A stretch of 64,000 bases of DNA from an uncultured Candidatus Saccharibacteria bacterium (lineage in GTDB: Bacteria; Patescibacteriota; Saccharimonadia; Saccharimonadales; SZUA-47), in the NCBI GenBank assembly GCA_964419675.1, contig CAYQPN010000003.1, positions 11,985 to 75,984 on the forward strand, read 5' to 3'. This document shows, piece after piece, positions 48,035-57,505 of the stretch. Position 1 is the first letter of the stretch; the number at the start of each line of letters is the position of its first letter. The position numbers were made by a program, and so were the translations under genes. Below the pieces are notes generated by a model. That model worked only from the letters and a program-made list of their open reading frames with translations. It made no database searches and had not been told where the DNA came from.

Positions 48035-48178
48035 ACAAGAAAAACGCAATAACAAACTATGAAAATGTACTGCGCCCTGAGGACGGCAAGCGGTCCAAAG
48101 TAGTTTAAGAGTGGAAGACTTTGGACTAGCTCAGGGCTTGATTCAGTATATTTTCATAGTTTGTTTTGGTTTTCTTGT
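48035..48178 (+). ncRNA. Candidate structured RNA or element: 144-nt rod-like hairpin
   Basis: Three coaxial helices: 48035-48071/48144-48178, 48074-48081/48130-48137 (GCCCTGAG/CTCAGGGC) and 48093-48101/48118-48126 (GTCCAAAGT/ACTTTGGAC). One arm mismatch is a G-U only on the + strand. No family assigned. Confidence 0.3.
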
Positions 48179-48250
48179 TTTATGGCTGGTTTGGCTACTA
48201 ACTAATGCGAACTACTAGATACTAAATACTAGAGCGGGTATACTGTTTCC

Positions 48251-48760
48251 ATGAAACCAACACTGCATCTGTTAATGGGTTTGCCCGGGTCAGGCAAAAC
48301 GACTCTAGGAAAAATTATCCAAAAACTTACTAAAGCCGTGAGACTCTCATCTGACGATTACCGTCTATTTATCTTCCCGGAACCAACGTTCAGCCAGAAA
48401 GAACACGACAGCCTTTACGGTATGCTTGATCACAATATAGAACATCTATTGCAGGCTGGGCACGACGTGGTGTACGACGCGAATTTAAACCGACGCAAAC
48501 ACCGAGACGAAAAATATGCACTTGCCAAAAAGTATAATGCCAACGTTGTACTTTGGTACTTAAGTACTTCGAAAACTATGTCTAAAAAACGCAGAATGGA
48601 AGAGCAAGACTATACTCTAGTACCAGAAGGCGAAACACCAGAGCGAATGTTTGACAGAATTGCCGACATTATTGAAGTGCCTGAGTCTGATGAAAAACAT
48701 TTTGATATTGACGGAACAGATATAGAAGTTGCCGAGATAAAAAAACTTCTGAATCTATAG
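48251..48760 (+). CDS. P-loop kinase (AAA_33/polynucleotide-kinase-like)
   Basis: 169 aa. Walker A GLPGSGKTT. Size and fold are typical of small ATP-binding kinases. Confidence 0.65.
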   Translation: MKPTLHLLMGLPGSGKTTLGKIIQKLTKAVRLSSDDYRLFIFPEPTFSQKEHDSLYGMLDHNIEHLLQAGHDVVYDANLNRRKHRDEKYALAKKYNANVVLWYLSTSKTMSKKRRMEEQDYTLVPEGETPERMFDRIADIIEVPESDEKHFDIDGTDIEVAEIKKLLNL

Positions 48761-49303
48761 AGTAAACTGGCTACTAATCGCTACTACTACGTAATACATT
48801 TGACTACTGCCGTTTGATTCTACGTGATCAAAGGGAAGAACGCTAAGACCGATATACTCAGTTTTTGCACTTAACATACATTCTTTATGCCCAGCGCTAC
48901 TTGCTAGCCAGTCATTAATTGCCCCTAAGCCACTTTCATCAACTATTAAATCAAGATTTTCGCAACTGAAGCCTGAGGTAATCCCAACTTTTTCAAGTAG
49001 AGAATCATAAAATTTGCCGTCTGCCATCGTGTGGGAGTATTTACCCTGAACAATCATGTCTGTTGCGCGTTTTCGTGCAATTGTATCAAGTGTTGGGTCA
49101 GATTTAAGCCTTGTGAGCCCGTTTAAGGCTCTAGAATCATTAATTTTGGCCAATACTGGACTTTCTACTACTTTTTCAATAACAGCACCAGCGACCGCCG
49201 GTTGAGCGTTTACAGTCTCAACTGTTGCTTCATATGGTTTGAAATATAAAATTGACGCCGAAAGTAGCGCTAGGCCGAAGATGAATACCAACCAATTCTT
49301 CAT
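48755..49303 (-). CDS. Secreted CAP/SCP (YkwD-like) domain protein
   Basis: 182 aa. Signal anchor followed by INDSRALNGL..YSHT..CENL..W..SAGHKECML pattern. Confidence 0.75.
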   Translation of the reverse strand: MKNWLVFIFGLALLSASILYFKPYEATVETVNAQPAVAGAVIEKVVESPVLAKINDSRALNGLTRLKSDPTLDTIARKRATDMIVQGKYSHTMADGKFYDSLLEKVGITSGFSCENLDLIVDESGLGAINDWLASSAGHKECMLSAKTEYIGLSVLPFDHVESNGSSQMYYVVVAISSQFTL

Positions 49304-49309
49304 AACTAT

Positions 49310-49318
49310 ATTATAGCA
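49310..49318 (-). promoter_or_regulatory. Extended -10 promoter TGCTATAAT, 6 nt before an ATG (leaderless arrangement)
   Basis: The reverse complement of 49310-49318 is TGCTATAAT. ATG at 49303. Confidence 0.5.
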
Positions 49319-49346
49319 TAGTTCTAGTGCTTATGTCAATATTATG

Positions 49347-50192
49347 CTATTTTAATAGCTTCTTTTTCAGAATCAAAAACAAATCTAGAGGAAAGAGTAG
49401 AATAGCGCTCAAGAGCATGGCAAGGGCTGTTAGAACTCCCCAAATTCTACCCGGGAAGGTTTTAAAGCGCCCAAGCCCGATAAATTTTTTTGACTTAAAT
49501 GTACCTAACATTTTATGACGTCTTTTTGTGCTTAAGTACAAAAAATAATAATATAAACTCTTAGGTAAAAACCTGTAAGAATCTTCATCTGTGGTGATTA
49601 ATAGATTGTTAACCTGGATAATCTTTAAACCTGAAGAAGCCATACATAATGACAAATCTTGGTCTTCGTGAACAATTCTGTCATCGTTACAGACTTCATC
49701 TTTAACTTGCTCCCACGCGCTTTTACGAATTGCCATATTGGCGCCCCACATAGTAATGGTGTTAAAACCAGCGTGCACGAAACGGTAATATCCACGAGAG
49801 ATAATTGTAGATTTTGGATTTTTCATATTAGGTAAAAATGCTGTCATACCCAATCCTGTGATCCCGTAAATGCTCTCGTCATTATTAAACTCATAAAGTG
49901 TAGATTCTACCCAATTGCTGGAGATTCGGCTGTCGGCATCTATTCTACCGATAATTTCTCCATGCGCAGCCTCAAATCCGGCCGAGCGTGCCCAGCCACG
50001 TCCTTGCCGAGTTTCTTTAATAACTCTGACAAAAGGGTAGGTTTTGGCAATTTCAATTGTCTTATCGGTGCAGTTATTGTCAACAATTATCACTTCATCG
50101 GGCATAATTGTTTGCTTCTCTACCGCGTTTAAACAGCCTTTTATATGGCTCTCCTCGTTGAAAACTGGTATAACTAATGTAAACTTAAGCAT
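49347..50192 (-). CDS. Glycosyltransferase family 2
   Basis: LVIPVFNEE..VIIVDNNCTDKT and a DxD region (IDADS). Start taken at M13 of the track ORF (50192). Confidence 0.82.
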   Translation of the reverse strand: MLKFTLVIPVFNEESHIKGCLNAVEKQTIMPDEVIIVDNNCTDKTIEIAKTYPFVRVIKETRQGRGWARSAGFEAAHGEIIGRIDADSRISSNWVESTLYEFNNDESIYGITGLGMTAFLPNMKNPKSTIISRGYYRFVHAGFNTITMWGANMAIRKSAWEQVKDEVCNDDRIVHEDQDLSLCMASSGLKIIQVNNLLITTDEDSYRFLPKSLYYYFLYLSTKRRHKMLGTFKSKKFIGLGRFKTFPGRIWGVLTALAMLLSAILLFPLDLFLILKKKLLK

Positions 50193-50210
50193 AATGATGG
50201 ATATTTCTAA

Positions 50211-51344
50211 TTGAAGCATAGCAAACAAGACACCAAGCCCAAAAAGTCACATCAATCGGGCAGATTAAAAAAGTTGTATCAACTGAGAAACTGGTTGAAG
50301 CAAATTCTTTGGAGAAAACGCTCAAAGCTCGGCAAAACCATGGTTATATTAGCCATGATTTTTGCATTTCTTGTAAGTAGTGCTTACGGAATCGCTCAGT
50401 GGTATATTCTACGTCACCGAAATGAACCTTTTACTTATGGTGCAACCTTTGTACCCAATTATGCAAAATACTTTGACCTAGACCCGAAAGAGACATTTCA
50501 GGCAATGATTTCCGACTTAGGACTAAAACGTTTTAGGCTTGTAAGTTACTGGAAAGACATTGAGCCGGAGCCCGGAGTTTACAATTTTGACGAATTGGAT
50601 TGGCAGTTTGAAATGGCTGAGCAGGCAGGCGTGGAGATTTCTTTGGCAATTGGGCTACGTCAACCTAGGTGGCCAGAATGTCATGGGCCACAGTGGGCAA
50701 TGGCAAAACCAATGAGTCAGTGGCGCGAGGATTTAAAAATATTCATGGCGAAGGTGATAGACAGATACAAAAGTAGCCCGGTACTGAAAGAATATCAGTT
50801 AGAAAATGAGTTTTTCTTGAGCGTATTTGGTGAATGTCCAGATTTTAGTAGAGATAGATTAGTAGACGAATATAATTTTGTTAAGTCCAAAGACTCAGTT
50901 CATCCCATAATTGTTAGTAGGAGTAATAATGCCATTGGATTTCCGATTGGCGACCCAGTACCAGATCAATATGCGGTAAGTGTTTATAAACGTGTTTGGG
51001 ATAAGACATTGACGAAACGATATTACGAATATCCATTCCCAGCGTGGTTCTATGGATTTCTTGCTGGAGGTGGCGAACTTATTAGTGGCAAAAAAATGAT
51101 TATTCATGAACTTCAGACCGAAGCGTGGTTGGCTGAAGGCTTTAATATGAGGGATGCTCCGATTGAAGAGCTATACAAATCGTTAAGTCCGGAACGCTTG
51201 CATGACAGGATAAATTACGGCAAAGCAACCGGAATGCGTCAAGTTGATTTGTGGGGAGTAGAGTGGTGGTATCAAATGAAAGTCAAACGAAACGCTCCAG
51301 AACTTTGGAACACAGCTAAGAAGGAATTGGAACTCTACAGATAA
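50211..51344 (+). CDS. Membrane-anchored glycoside hydrolase, clan GH-A TIM barrel (GH5/GH42-like)
   Basis: 377 aa. WKDIEPEPGVYNFDELD and the QLENEF acid/base motif. The TTG start is uncertain. Confidence 0.6.
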   Translation: MKHSKQDTKPKKSHQSGRLKKLYQLRNWLKQILWRKRSKLGKTMVILAMIFAFLVSSAYGIAQWYILRHRNEPFTYGATFVPNYAKYFDLDPKETFQAMISDLGLKRFRLVSYWKDIEPEPGVYNFDELDWQFEMAEQAGVEISLAIGLRQPRWPECHGPQWAMAKPMSQWREDLKIFMAKVIDRYKSSPVLKEYQLENEFFLSVFGECPDFSRDRLVDEYNFVKSKDSVHPIIVSRSNNAIGFPIGDPVPDQYAVSVYKRVWDKTLTKRYYEYPFPAWFYGFLAGGGELISGKKMIIHELQTEAWLAEGFNMRDAPIEELYKSLSPERLHDRINYGKATGMRQVDLWGVEWWYQMKVKRNAPELWNTAKKELELYR

Positions 51345-51357
51345 ATTAGAGTCACGA

Positions 51358-52227
51358 CTATCTTTTTGTGGCATTTCTTTTAGCTAAGTCTGGGCGACGG
51401 GCGAAAAGTTCTTTTTTGTCCAGAGGCTGAGGTCCCTTTACGATTTCACTCCAATACCTCAACTGTTTAGCCATATTAATCGGTCCCAAACCGTGCGTAT
51501 GGTGTACAGCAAGCAGAGGGTCCCTAATAATTATCAGACCGTTGGAAAGTGCCCTTGCCGCAAAAGCGGTATCTTCGCCGCCTGACTCATATCTTTCGTC
51601 AAACCCACCGAGTTCTGCCCAGACAGCTTTTGAAATTGAAGCCGTTGTTGCTCCCATCACCCCAATACCTGCTTTCCTGATTCTAGCCAGTTCCAGCGTA
51701 TTTGGAAATCTAATAGACAAGACCCTCTCGGTTAAGCTTGCGTTACTGTTAGGTAAAGTGATCCCGAAGACACCAGCTGTAGTTCTGTTGGCGAATTGTC
51801 TAGCGGCCGCAACTAAAGTCTGTCTATTCGACAACAAGGCATGACCAACAGTTAGGTATACTACTTCGTTATCTGCTGCCTCAACACCAAGATTCATGGA
51901 CCTAGGGTAGCTGAATTCGTCCCTTGCTAGCGTGACAACTTGTGCACCGAAACACTTTGCCACCTTAGCGGTATGATCAGTCGATTCATTGTCAACTACA
52001 ATAACTTGAGCATCGCTAAATCTACGCTGTTGCTCTAAGTCTTCAAGTAGCTTCGCTAAAGAGCCTTCTTCGTTAAAGGCTCGAATAACAACCGAAACAG
52101 TAGGAAGACGAAGAGACGAGCAGGCCGCTGTCTCGCCCGCGATACTACTGATCTTATCTGCAATTAGGCCACCGTTAATTGGCATGAGGTCAAAGAGTTC
52201 AGGATGTAGAAGATGCGACGAATTCAT
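51358..52227 (-). CDS. Glycosyltransferase family 2
   Basis: 289 aa. VSVVIRAFNEE..VIVVDNESTDHT motif. Confidence 0.85.
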   Translation of the reverse strand: MNSSHLLHPELFDLMPINGGLIADKISSIAGETAACSSLRLPTVSVVIRAFNEEGSLAKLLEDLEQQRRFSDAQVIVVDNESTDHTAKVAKCFGAQVVTLARDEFSYPRSMNLGVEAADNEVVYLTVGHALLSNRQTLVAAARQFANRTTAGVFGITLPNSNASLTERVLSIRFPNTLELARIRKAGIGVMGATTASISKAVWAELGGFDERYESGGEDTAFAARALSNGLIIIRDPLLAVHHTHGLGPINMAKQLRYWSEIVKGPQPLDKKELFARRPDLAKRNATKR

Positions 52228-52236
52228 TTATGTAAT

Positions 52237-52245
52237 ATTATAGCA
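52237..52245 (-). promoter_or_regulatory. Extended -10 promoter TGCTATAAT, 9 nt before an ATG
   Basis: The reverse complement is TGCTATAAT. ATG at 52227. Confidence 0.45.
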
Positions 52246-52293
52246 TTATTTTTAGCTCTTGTCTATAACCATAACCTCTGTTAGAATATAGTT

Positions 52294-52758
52294 ATGGCAA
52301 AGAAGAAGCGCCCGTCCACGGGCAAAATTAGCAACAAACGCGCGCGGTTCGATTACGAATTGGGTGACAGTTTTGTCGTGGGCATTGTTTTGAACGGTCG
52401 TGAGACAAAAAATTTACGCATGAGCCATGGGCAACTACGTGGCGCATACGTCACTGTCAAAGACAACGAACTTTGGCTTATTAACGCTTCAATTACCGGA
52501 ACTATTGGCATACCTATTGAAGAATCTGAAGTAACACAAGCTCGAAAGTTATTAGCCAAGAGAAAAGAAATTGACACCATTATTGAAGCCAAAAAACAGG
52601 GAAGAACGGTTGTACCAACTGATATTTTAATTAAAGGTCGCTACATTAAACTCCGAATATCTCTAGGTGTAGGAAAAAAGAACTACGACAAAAGACAAAC
52701 TCTAAAAGCTCGCGACGACAAACGCAATACCCAGCGCGAAATCAGAAACCACTCATAA
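52294..52758 (+). CDS. smpB: SsrA-binding protein
   Basis: 154 aa. NKRARFDYEL, LNGRETKNLR and the basic C-terminal tail are typical of SmpB. Confidence 0.95.
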   Translation: MAKKKRPSTGKISNKRARFDYELGDSFVVGIVLNGRETKNLRMSHGQLRGAYVTVKDNELWLINASITGTIGIPIEESEVTQARKLLAKRKEIDTIIEAKKQGRTVVPTDILIKGRYIKLRISLGVGKKNYDKRQTLKARDDKRNTQREIRNHS

Positions 52759-52769
52759 CAGTGCTAAAT

Positions 52770-53051
52770 CTAGAGTCCGGTCGGATCCTGGTGTAGAATC
52801 ACTGAAACTGCTAAAACTGCTACTCCTAAGCCACCCAACACACTTGATCCTATTTCATGGCACCGTGCTTCGTCAGGTAGTTCTTTATTAAGTCGGTCAC
52901 CGGCACTATCATATAAATCGGCCATGAACCTCCAGGCGACGACTGAAAATAGTCCGATAACTTCTCTTACCGTAGTTCTTCTTCCGTCTGGGTCATTAAT
53001 AGCCAAGCTATCAGAACCAGTACTTTGATTTGCCGGAATTTCACCATCCAT
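52770..53051 (-). CDS. Hypothetical small protein (93 aa) with a C-terminal TM segment
   Basis: ORF with TGCTATAAT 6 nt upstream. No motif recognised. Confidence 0.4.
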   Translation of the reverse strand: MDGEIPANQSTGSDSLAINDPDGRRTTVREVIGLFSVVAWRFMADLYDSAGDRLNKELPDEARCHEIGSSVLGGLGVAVLAVSVILHQDPTGL

Positions 53052-53057
53052 AATTAT

Positions 53058-53066
53058 ATTATAGCA
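53058..53066 (-). promoter_or_regulatory. Extended -10 promoter TGCTATAAT, 6 nt before an ATG (leaderless arrangement)
   Basis: The reverse complement is TGCTATAAT. ATG at 53051. Confidence 0.5.
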
Positions 53067-53079
53067 TATTTAAGCTATG

Positions 53080-53793
53080 TTAGTCAATAAGGGTACCAAC
53101 TATCTCGCCTCTAATTGCGCGCGTGATATTGCCTGATGGCTCTAGTTTGCAGACGACTATTGGCATTCCGTGATCCATAGCAAGTCCCATGGCTGCTTTA
53201 TCCATTATTTTAATTTCAGAGTTTTCTACAGCTTGTTGATAGCTTACTTTTTCAAATTTTTTAGCATCTTGATGTTTTTCAGGGTCTTTATCAAAAACAC
53301 CATCAACTTTAGTGGTTTTAATGACTACGTCGCATCCAAGCTCGAGCGCAAGACTTACTGCAGCTGTGTCTGTGGTCAGATATGGTCGGCCAATTCCGCC
53401 AGCAACAATTACAATTCTGCCAGCTGCCAGATGCTTTTCGGCTAAACGGTGAATGAACGGTTCAGCGACTTGATCAGCAAAAATGTTACTCAAACATCTA
53501 GTTGAAACATCTTGAGCTTCAAACACATCCGTCAACGCCAGTGCATTCATCATTGTACCTAGCATTCCCATATGATCAGCTGTAACACGCTTAATCCCAT
53601 GGCCTGCAATTTGCGCACCCCGCACATAATTGCCACCGCCAACCATTATCACAACCTGGGCACCGGTTGAGCTTGCTTGTTTTATTTCGTTAGCTAACCA
53701 ATTACCAATTTCAGGGTCAAAACCACTATCATGCTTACCAGATAACTGTTCACCGGACAGCTTTAGTAAAATTCTTTTATACATTAACCCCAA
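53080..53793 (-). CDS. pyrH: UMP kinase
   Basis: 237 aa. YKRILLKLSGE, VVGGGN and TKVDGVFDKDP motifs. Confidence 0.95.
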   Translation of the reverse strand: MGLMYKRILLKLSGEQLSGKHDSGFDPEIGNWLANEIKQASSTGAQVVIMVGGGNYVRGAQIAGHGIKRVTADHMGMLGTMMNALALTDVFEAQDVSTRCLSNIFADQVAEPFIHRLAEKHLAAGRIVIVAGGIGRPYLTTDTAAVSLALELGCDVVIKTTKVDGVFDKDPEKHQDAKKFEKVSYQQAVENSEIKIMDKAAMGLAMDHGMPIVVCKLEPSGNITRAIRGEIVGTLID

Positions 53794-53818
53794 TTATAGC
53801 ACCCAGACAGAGAAGTTG

Positions 53819-54319
53819 TTACTGCTCAGCAAAAAGAGCATTTATATCTATCGTTGCTCTTGCACGATTAATAAAAAACTTTTCACAGATCGCCGTCATT
53901 AACAGACAGGCTACATCTTGCTGGCCACGATAGTCTAGTTCTAGGGGTACGATACTACTAGACCCGTCCATAAGGCTAATTACTCTTGCGTCCTCATCAC
54001 TAACCCTCAGTGATTGAAATGGAGACTTTGTTCTCACTCGTCTTTGGAAAATTTCTATCCCATCAACATCCCTGGGTAGTGTGAAGTCAACCGATATCTT
54101 AGGCATAGTAGGGTTGTCTTCAAAAACGCCTAATTTTTTTACAAGAACATTTCCCAAAACTCGTGAAGCTTCGCGCGCGGTAAAACCGTTAAAGGCAAGG
54201 TAGTTATTCATAATCGGAGCACTTTGGTACCAAGATAGTTCGGGACCGGCAACAAATATATCACCTGCCTTTCGACCAAAATATCTAGGGAACAACGGCG
54301 GAGTAGAAGTCAATGGCAC
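53819..54319 (-). CDS. Hypothetical protein (166 aa)
   Basis: ORF upstream of pyrH on the same strand. No motif recognised. Confidence 0.45.
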   Translation of the reverse strand: MPLTSTPPLFPRYFGRKAGDIFVAGPELSWYQSAPIMNNYLAFNGFTAREASRVLGNVLVKKLGVFEDNPTMPKISVDFTLPRDVDGIEIFQRRVRTKSPFQSLRVSDEDARVISLMDGSSSIVPLELDYRGQQDVACLLMTAICEKFFINRARATIDINALFAEQ

Positions 54320-54391
54320 AATAATATGTATTATACTACATATTTATTATTTTTGCAAGTCACTTGCTTATGTTAAATTATAGATATGAAT

Positions 54392-54470
54392 CCCGTTAGA
54401 GTTAAAAGTGCTAACCACCATATTATTTCGACTATACTGATACTTATTTACCTAGGAGGACTCTAACGGG
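54392..54470. repeat. 79-bp inverted-repeat element (MITE-like), copy B, inserted at a start codon
   Basis: Termini CCCGTTAGAG...CTCTAACGGG. Flanked by ATGAA(T/A) at 54386-54391 and 54471-54476. Carries an AGGAGG Shine-Dalgarno (54464-54469 region) for xth. Confidence 0.5.
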
Positions 54471-55268
54471 ATGAAATTGTACAGTTGGAACGTTAATGGC
54501 ATTAGGGCTGTCTGGAACAAGGGCATGTTTCAAAAATTTATTGAAGAACACGACCCGGATATTTTGTGTTTACAAGAGACAAAAGCTCAACCAGATCAGT
54601 CGCCCGTTGATTTACCAAACTACATAGAATACTGGAATAGTGCCGAAAGAAAAGGTTACTCCGGAACGGCTATTTTCAGTAAAGAAATGCCGCTAGAAAT
54701 TCGTAACGGATTTTCTGACGTTGTTCAGAATTATTTTGAATTTCCAGATAATTTTGGAGACCCCACATGTGAGGGCAGGCTACTGAGCGCAAGGTTTAAG
54801 AATTTTTGGGTGGTAACGGTGTATACCCCAAACAGTAAGGATAAGTTAGAACGTTTGAACTTGAGGCACAAAGTTTGGGACCCAGCCTTCTTGATGCATG
54901 TCAAAGAATTAGAACGAGAACTGCCGGTACTTATTTGCGGAGATTTTAATGTTGCTCACCAAGAAATTGACTTAGCAAGACCAAAAGAGAATCAAGACAA
55001 GCACGGTTTTACCCTTGAAGAGCGTGAGGGTTTTGACGAAATGATTCAAGCTGGTTTCATAGATACTTTCCGAGCACTTCACCCAGACCAGAAAGACGCC
55101 TACACCTGGTGGACAGCGTGGGGCGGAACAAGAGATCGGAACGTCGGCTGGCGCATAGACTATTGGATGGCCAGTAAAGAGCTATTTGGCAAAATCACAG
55201 AGGCAAAAATTCACCCAGACGTAATGGGCTCTGACCACTGCCCAGTGAGCATCGAAATAGACATTTAA
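54471..55268 (+). CDS. xth: Exodeoxyribonuclease III
   Basis: 265 aa. SWNVNGIRA, LCLQETK, GDFNVAH and SDHCPV motifs. Confidence 0.95.
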   Translation: MKLYSWNVNGIRAVWNKGMFQKFIEEHDPDILCLQETKAQPDQSPVDLPNYIEYWNSAERKGYSGTAIFSKEMPLEIRNGFSDVVQNYFEFPDNFGDPTCEGRLLSARFKNFWVVTVYTPNSKDKLERLNLRHKVWDPAFLMHVKELERELPVLICGDFNVAHQEIDLARPKENQDKHGFTLEEREGFDEMIQAGFIDTFRALHPDQKDAYTWWTAWGGTRDRNVGWRIDYWMASKELFGKITEAKIHPDVMGSDHCPVSIEIDI

Positions 55269-55430
55269 GCACGAGACTCGAATCCACCAGCTAGCGGACC
55301 AAAAAACAAACAAACTCAAAATTCCAATGTTAAAAATTGTAAGCTATAATTATGGTTATGTTTAGGTGGATCAAATATATTATTGCGCCTTGTACTCAGC
55401 ATGAGGGCAGGTTTGGTGGCGAGGTGCGCT

Positions 55431-56162
55431 ATGGGTAAGCAGTTTGCAGTATTTGATATAGATGGGACTATTGCACGAACTAGTCTGCTTCAGCTCCTAG
55501 TCCGTGAACTGGTAAACCGTGGCAAATTAGACATTGGCGTTGGCCAACAAATAGAAATTATGCTTCACGATTATCGTCAAAGAATTACTGACGATGATTT
55601 TGGTGATTACATGAAGAAAGCCGTAGATATGATGTTCAAGGCTATACCAAAAGGTCTAAGAATTGATGAATATGATGAGATAATCGACGCTGTGGTTAAA
55701 ATGTCTCTTACACACACATACGTTTATACCCGCCAGTTATTACAAACCCTTAAACGAAACGGCTACTTCTTAATTTCTATTTCAGGTTCGGAGCTAAGAG
55801 TTGTTAGTACCTTTTCTAAAGCACTTGGTTTTGATGCTTGGGTAGGTAAGGTTAGCTATCTTGAAAAAGACGGCAAGTTAACGGGTGAAGTAAGGTCGTT
55901 AACTCAACCCAAAGATGAAATTCTTAAAACAATTATTAATAAATTTGGGCTAGATACTAAACAGAGCATGGCGGTTGGTGACACTAGCAGTGATATACCG
56001 ATCCTATCAATGGTTGAAAACCCGATTGTCTTTAATCCTAATCAGTCACTATTTAAAGAAGCTCGTGCAAAGAATTGGATGGTAGTGATAGAGCGCAAAG
56101 ACATGGTTTACGGCTTGGTGCAAGAAAATGGTCAGTATATTCTAAAGCAGGTTAATATCTAA
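55431..56162 (+). CDS. HAD-IB family hydrolase (SerB-like phosphatase)
   Basis: FAVFDIDGTIA motif I, ISGS motif II, GDTSSDIP motif IV. Start at ATG 55431. Confidence 0.8.
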   Translation: MGKQFAVFDIDGTIARTSLLQLLVRELVNRGKLDIGVGQQIEIMLHDYRQRITDDDFGDYMKKAVDMMFKAIPKGLRIDEYDEIIDAVVKMSLTHTYVYTRQLLQTLKRNGYFLISISGSELRVVSTFSKALGFDAWVGKVSYLEKDGKLTGEVRSLTQPKDEILKTIINKFGLDTKQSMAVGDTSSDIPILSMVENPIVFNPNQSLFKEARAKNWMVVIERKDMVYGLVQENGQYILKQVNI

Positions 56163-56169
56163 ACTCTGG

Positions 56170-57348
56170 CTAATTGACGTCTTTGGGTAAAAAACCCTGG
56201 TCTGGCTTGAAGTCGGCTTCCCACTTGTAGTTCTTACCATATTCTAAATCACTCATGAGTTTAGTTGGTGCGTTTCGTAAATGTAGTGGGACAGATGCAT
56301 TTGGAAAGTCCGCCACTTGAGCTTTTGCTTTGTTCATTAAATCGGCAACTTCACGCGATTTTGGTGACTTTGCCATTGCAACTGCCGAGTGGCTAAGCGC
56401 ATATTCAGCTTCTGGCAAACCAACACGTTCTACGGCTTGAAAAGCTGCTACAGCTAAGGTTAACGCGTACGGAGCAGCCATACCAATGTCTTCACTTGCA
56501 AAAATTACCATCCTGCGGGCGATAAACAGCGGATCTTCGCCACCCACAATCAGACGGTGCAGGTAATACAAACTGGCTTCAGCATTGCTACCGCGCATAG
56601 ATTTTATAAAGGCGGACGCCAAGTTATAGTGCTCGTCACCAGACTTATCAAATTGGTAATTAGTTCTCTGCAAGACAGTTTTTATGTGCTCTGAGCTAAT
56701 CTTTTCTTTAACTTTTGCTAGCTGAGAGGCCACTTCAATAGCTTGTATTGCAGTACGCGCGTCGCCACCAGATAACTTGGCAAGCAATTTTACAGCTTTA
56801 GGATCAATAGTTCGATTCATTTGCTTGGCAGATTTTTTGATTAATTTCTCTAAAGAATCTACGTCTAGTGGATTTAAGACAACAACCCTTGTTCGACTAA
56901 GCAAAGCGTTATTTACCTCAAAGCTTGGATTTTCAGTTGTAGCGCCTATTAGCACCAGTTCACCGGACTCGATATGGGGTAAAAAGGCATCTTGCTGTGA
57001 TTTATTAAAACGATGAACCTCATCTACAAACAATACTGTTTGCTGGCCAAGCCTCCGATTAGATTTAGCTCTTTCAACAACGGCTCGAACGTCTTTAACA
57101 CCCGACGTAACGGCACTTAATTCTACAAAATCTACTTCACCCCAGGCCTCTTTTAAGATTCTGGCTACAGTTGTTTTACCAGTGCCAGGAGGCCCCCACA
57201 GAATTAGACTTGTAGGGCGACCGTTCTTAACTAATAAATCTAATAATCCACCAGGTTTGGTAAGGTGGTCTTGACCAATAAGCTCCAAAATTGTCTTTGG
57301 CCGCATTCTCTCAGCTAATGGTGTATATACTTGCTCCATCACTAACAT
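56170..57348 (-). CDS. rarA: Replication-associated recombination protein A (AAA+ ATPase)
   Basis: 392 aa. [28 protein letters not shown] and the C-terminal MgsA domain. Confidence 0.93.
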   Translation of the reverse strand: MLVMEQVYTPLAERMRPKTILELIGQDHLTKPGGLLDLLVKNGRPTSLILWGPPGTGKTTVARILKEAWGEVDFVELSAVTSGVKDVRAVVERAKSNRRLGQQTVLFVDEVHRFNKSQQDAFLPHIESGELVLIGATTENPSFEVNNALLSRTRVVVLNPLDVDSLEKLIKKSAKQMNRTIDPKAVKLLAKLSGGDARTAIQAIEVASQLAKVKEKISSEHIKTVLQRTNYQFDKSGDEHYNLASAFIKSMRGSNAEASLYYLHRLIVGGEDPLFIARRMVIFASEDIGMAAPYALTLAVAAFQAVERVGLPEAEYALSHSAVAMAKSPKSREVADLMNKAKAQVADFPNASVPLHLRNAPTKLMSDLEYGKNYKWEADFKPDQGFLPKDVN

Positions 57349-57505
57349 TATAGCTCCTCAAATCCATGTTAAAACCGAAAATAAATATGATGCTCACGGT
57401 CTATTAATTTTAATAATGCAAGAAAAACAAAGAATAAATTGAGCGCTTTCTAATTATTTACTGCGCAGAATACTGTTTTTGTGCCTAAAGGAAGCAAGTA
57501 ATTAC

